Source of the DNA: Candidatus Hydrogenedentota bacterium
Lineage (GTDB): Bacteria; Hydrogenedentota; Hydrogenedentia; Hydrogenedentales; SLHB01
Assembly (NCBI GenBank): GCA_963745075.1
Contig: CAVUWV010000028.1
Location: 32,001 to 96,000 of the forward strand
Direction of reading: 5' to 3'
DNA length: 64,000 nt
The position numbers and the translations under genes are program-made. Below, piece by piece: positions 62,334 to 64,000 of this stretch (positions within the stretch are counted from its first letter, which is position 1; the number at the start of each line of letters is the position of its first letter). The notes beneath the pieces are model-generated. The model was not told where the DNA came from. It ran no database searches and saw nothing but the letters and a program-made list of their open reading frames with translations.

Positions 62334-64000
62334 ATGAAGCAGATCATAGCGTATGTCATTCTATTGTTCACGCCATTCGTGGGGTTTTCTGATTCCGCCT
62401 ACGTGGCGATTCCGCTGGGCGCCACGCCCTTGAACGAGATTGGGCCGTATCAGGTCTCGTACCAATCCTACGGCGGGGATCGTGTCGACATGCCGCCGGG
62501 CTGGACGGGGCATTTCGATCCGGCTTCTGGGGTTTCGTACTCGCCCGGTGAGCGCATTCTGGGACGGGAAGCGACGTTGGTGCACTCGCCGTGGCACGTA
62601 CCCCCGGGCAAGGCGTGGGTCGACTTTCCGCTCCGGTTACCGGATGTGACGCCAATCGCGCTGCGGTTTGGTATCGCCATGCGGCCGGAGTCCGTCGAGC
62701 CGGATAAGAGCGACGGGGTGACCTTCGGCTGCTACGTAGTGGATAGCGATGGCGAGCACGAACTGCTCCACGAACACTACGCGCTGGGCCGTTGGAAAGA
62801 TTTTCAATTCGACTTGGCTCCGTACGCGGGCAAAGACATCACCCTCCGACTGCAAGTCGAACCCGGACCCGCTAACAATCCGGGCTGGGACCACTCCTAT
62901 TTCTCCGATGCGACGATTGTGGTCGGAGACAGTGAGCGGCCCACCACCTTGGTAAAGGAGATGAAGGCCGTCCACGCGCTGGACGCGACGGCCGGTGTTG
63001 GTCTTGGGACGCTGTCCAACGATGCGGCGAGGGGTGTCGTGCCGTCGAATCTTCTGGACTGTACAAACGACGTTACGGAGGAGAACTCCGCATACACGTT
63101 TCGATACCACGGCGCGGATTGCGACGTTGTATACACGTATACGCCGGAGTCAGGCACGCTCGACGACTTTTCCGTGGTCGTAGACAATTCGCCCGCCTTT
63201 CGGCCGGCTCTTGGTGGTGGCGTAAGCGCAGTTCGACGCGTGGATGATCGCGAAGAATTCGTGCCGCTTCGCGGCGGGACGGTTCGATCGGCGGACGTGC
63301 TTTCGGACCAAAACGCAGTGCAGGTCGTCTGGGAGTATCCATTCGACGGCGATACCGTTTTGGTTACGTGGCGCTTTGGCATCCTGGGCAAAGCGTTGAC
63401 GGTTGCGGCGAAATGTGAGCGGCCCATCCTCAGCGGACTTTCGCTGGGTCATGAAGGCGACATTCCCCTTCGGAAGACCTTTCAGGTGCCTTACCTGAAC
63501 GGTTCGATGAACTTCCTTCCCGCTCAATTAGCGTTTTGTTGCCGGTACCTGGATTGGACGCAATCGCACGGGTCGGCCTGTCCGCAAGGCGAGGCGAGCT
63601 ACGAACCGAAGACCGACGGCACGCGGAACCCGTTGCAGGAGTTTGGGTATATCGCCGTGTCGCCGAATGTGGACGAGGTTCTGCCGAATATCCCCCACCC
63701 CGCTTCGCCGTATCTCGATTTGCTGGGTCCGCGCATCATGCTCGACATCTGGCAGCACCACATGGGCACTTACGCGGGCGACGGAGAGAATTTGCGCGAC
63801 CTGAAAGACAATGGGGTCGATCATCTCGCGATCATTTCGCACGTGTGGCAACGCTACGGGTATGACGTGAAACTTCCGGATCATATTCCGGCGAATCCCC
63901 AGTTTGGCGGCGACGAGGGAATGATCGAATTCGGTAAAGCGGCGAATGAATGCGCCTACGTATGGTCGTTGCACGAGAACTATATCGACATGTATCCCGA
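62334..64000 (+). CDS. Large secreted glycoside-hydrolase-like protein (DUF5696/GH129-like), 3' end off the window
   Basis: Both ends translated by hand and in the same frame: signal peptide MKQIIAYVILLF, SDGVTF beta-sandwich, then HVWQRYGYDVKLPD..FGG..SLHENYIDMYP. Confidence 0.7.
   Translation, partial: MKQIIAYVILLFTPFVGFSDSAYVAIPLGATPLNEIGPYQVSYQSYGGDRVDMPPGWTGHFDPASGVSYSPGERILGREATLVHSPWHVPPGKAWVDFPLRLPDVTPIALRFGIAMRPESVEPDKSDGVTFGCYVVDSDGEHELLHEHYALGRWKDFQFDLAPYAGKDITLRLQVEPGPANNPGWDHSYFSDATIVVGDSERPTTLVKEMKAVHALDATAGVGLGTLSNDAARGVVPSNLLDCTNDVTEENSAYTFRYHGADCDVVYTYTPESGTLDDFSVVVDNSPAFRPALGGGVSAVRRVDDREEFVPLRGGTVRSADVLSDQNAVQVVWEYPFDGDTVLVTWRFGILGKALTVAAKCERPILSGLSLGHEGDIPLRKTFQVPYLNGSMNFLPAQLAFCCRYLDWTQSHGSACPQGEASYEPKTDGTRNPLQEFGYIAVSPNVDEVLPNIPHPASPYLDLLGPRIMLDIWQHHMGTYAGDGENLRDLKDNGVDHLAIISHVWQRYGYDVKLPDHIPANPQFGGDEGMIEFGKAANECAYVWSLHENYIDMYP

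Overview
This is a GC-rich bacterial chromosome segment from a diderm (it has lgt/lspA and a PEP-CTERM protein). The gene style suggests Ca. Hydrogenedentota or a similar PVC/FCB-like lineage, but that is inference only. Most of the window is housekeeping: a pentose-phosphate operon (tkt-tal-HAD-gnd-zwf), ileS-dksA-lspA-lgt, lysA, radA-disA-pyrK, bcp, cysK-metY-metX/metW-rfbA, hisHF, glnS-gltX-ROK, folK-panBCD, mprF, uvrA and an ABC-F ATPase. There is also a carbohydrate cluster (TIM-barrel/DUF1080 pair, sialidase, cupin, Gfo/Idh/MocA, CocE) and a hicB with a damaged hicA. About 14 indels, mostly single bases in homopolymers, hit even essential genes and are most likely long-read errors. The most interesting signals are non-coding: (1) an apparently unannotated ~165-nt sigma54-driven four-hairpin RNA with an exposed anti-Shine-Dalgarno (51132-51293, minus strand); (2) a tRNA-Leu with the rare A34 anticodon AAG; (3) a compact four-way-junction RNA that overlaps the panB ribosome-binding site; (4) sigma54 promoters ahead of the PPP operon and the PEP-CTERM gene; (5) several unrelated REP/REPIN-like and microsatellite-armed palindrome families with no transposase in view. 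No CRISPR array, rRNA, prophage or integrase was seen.
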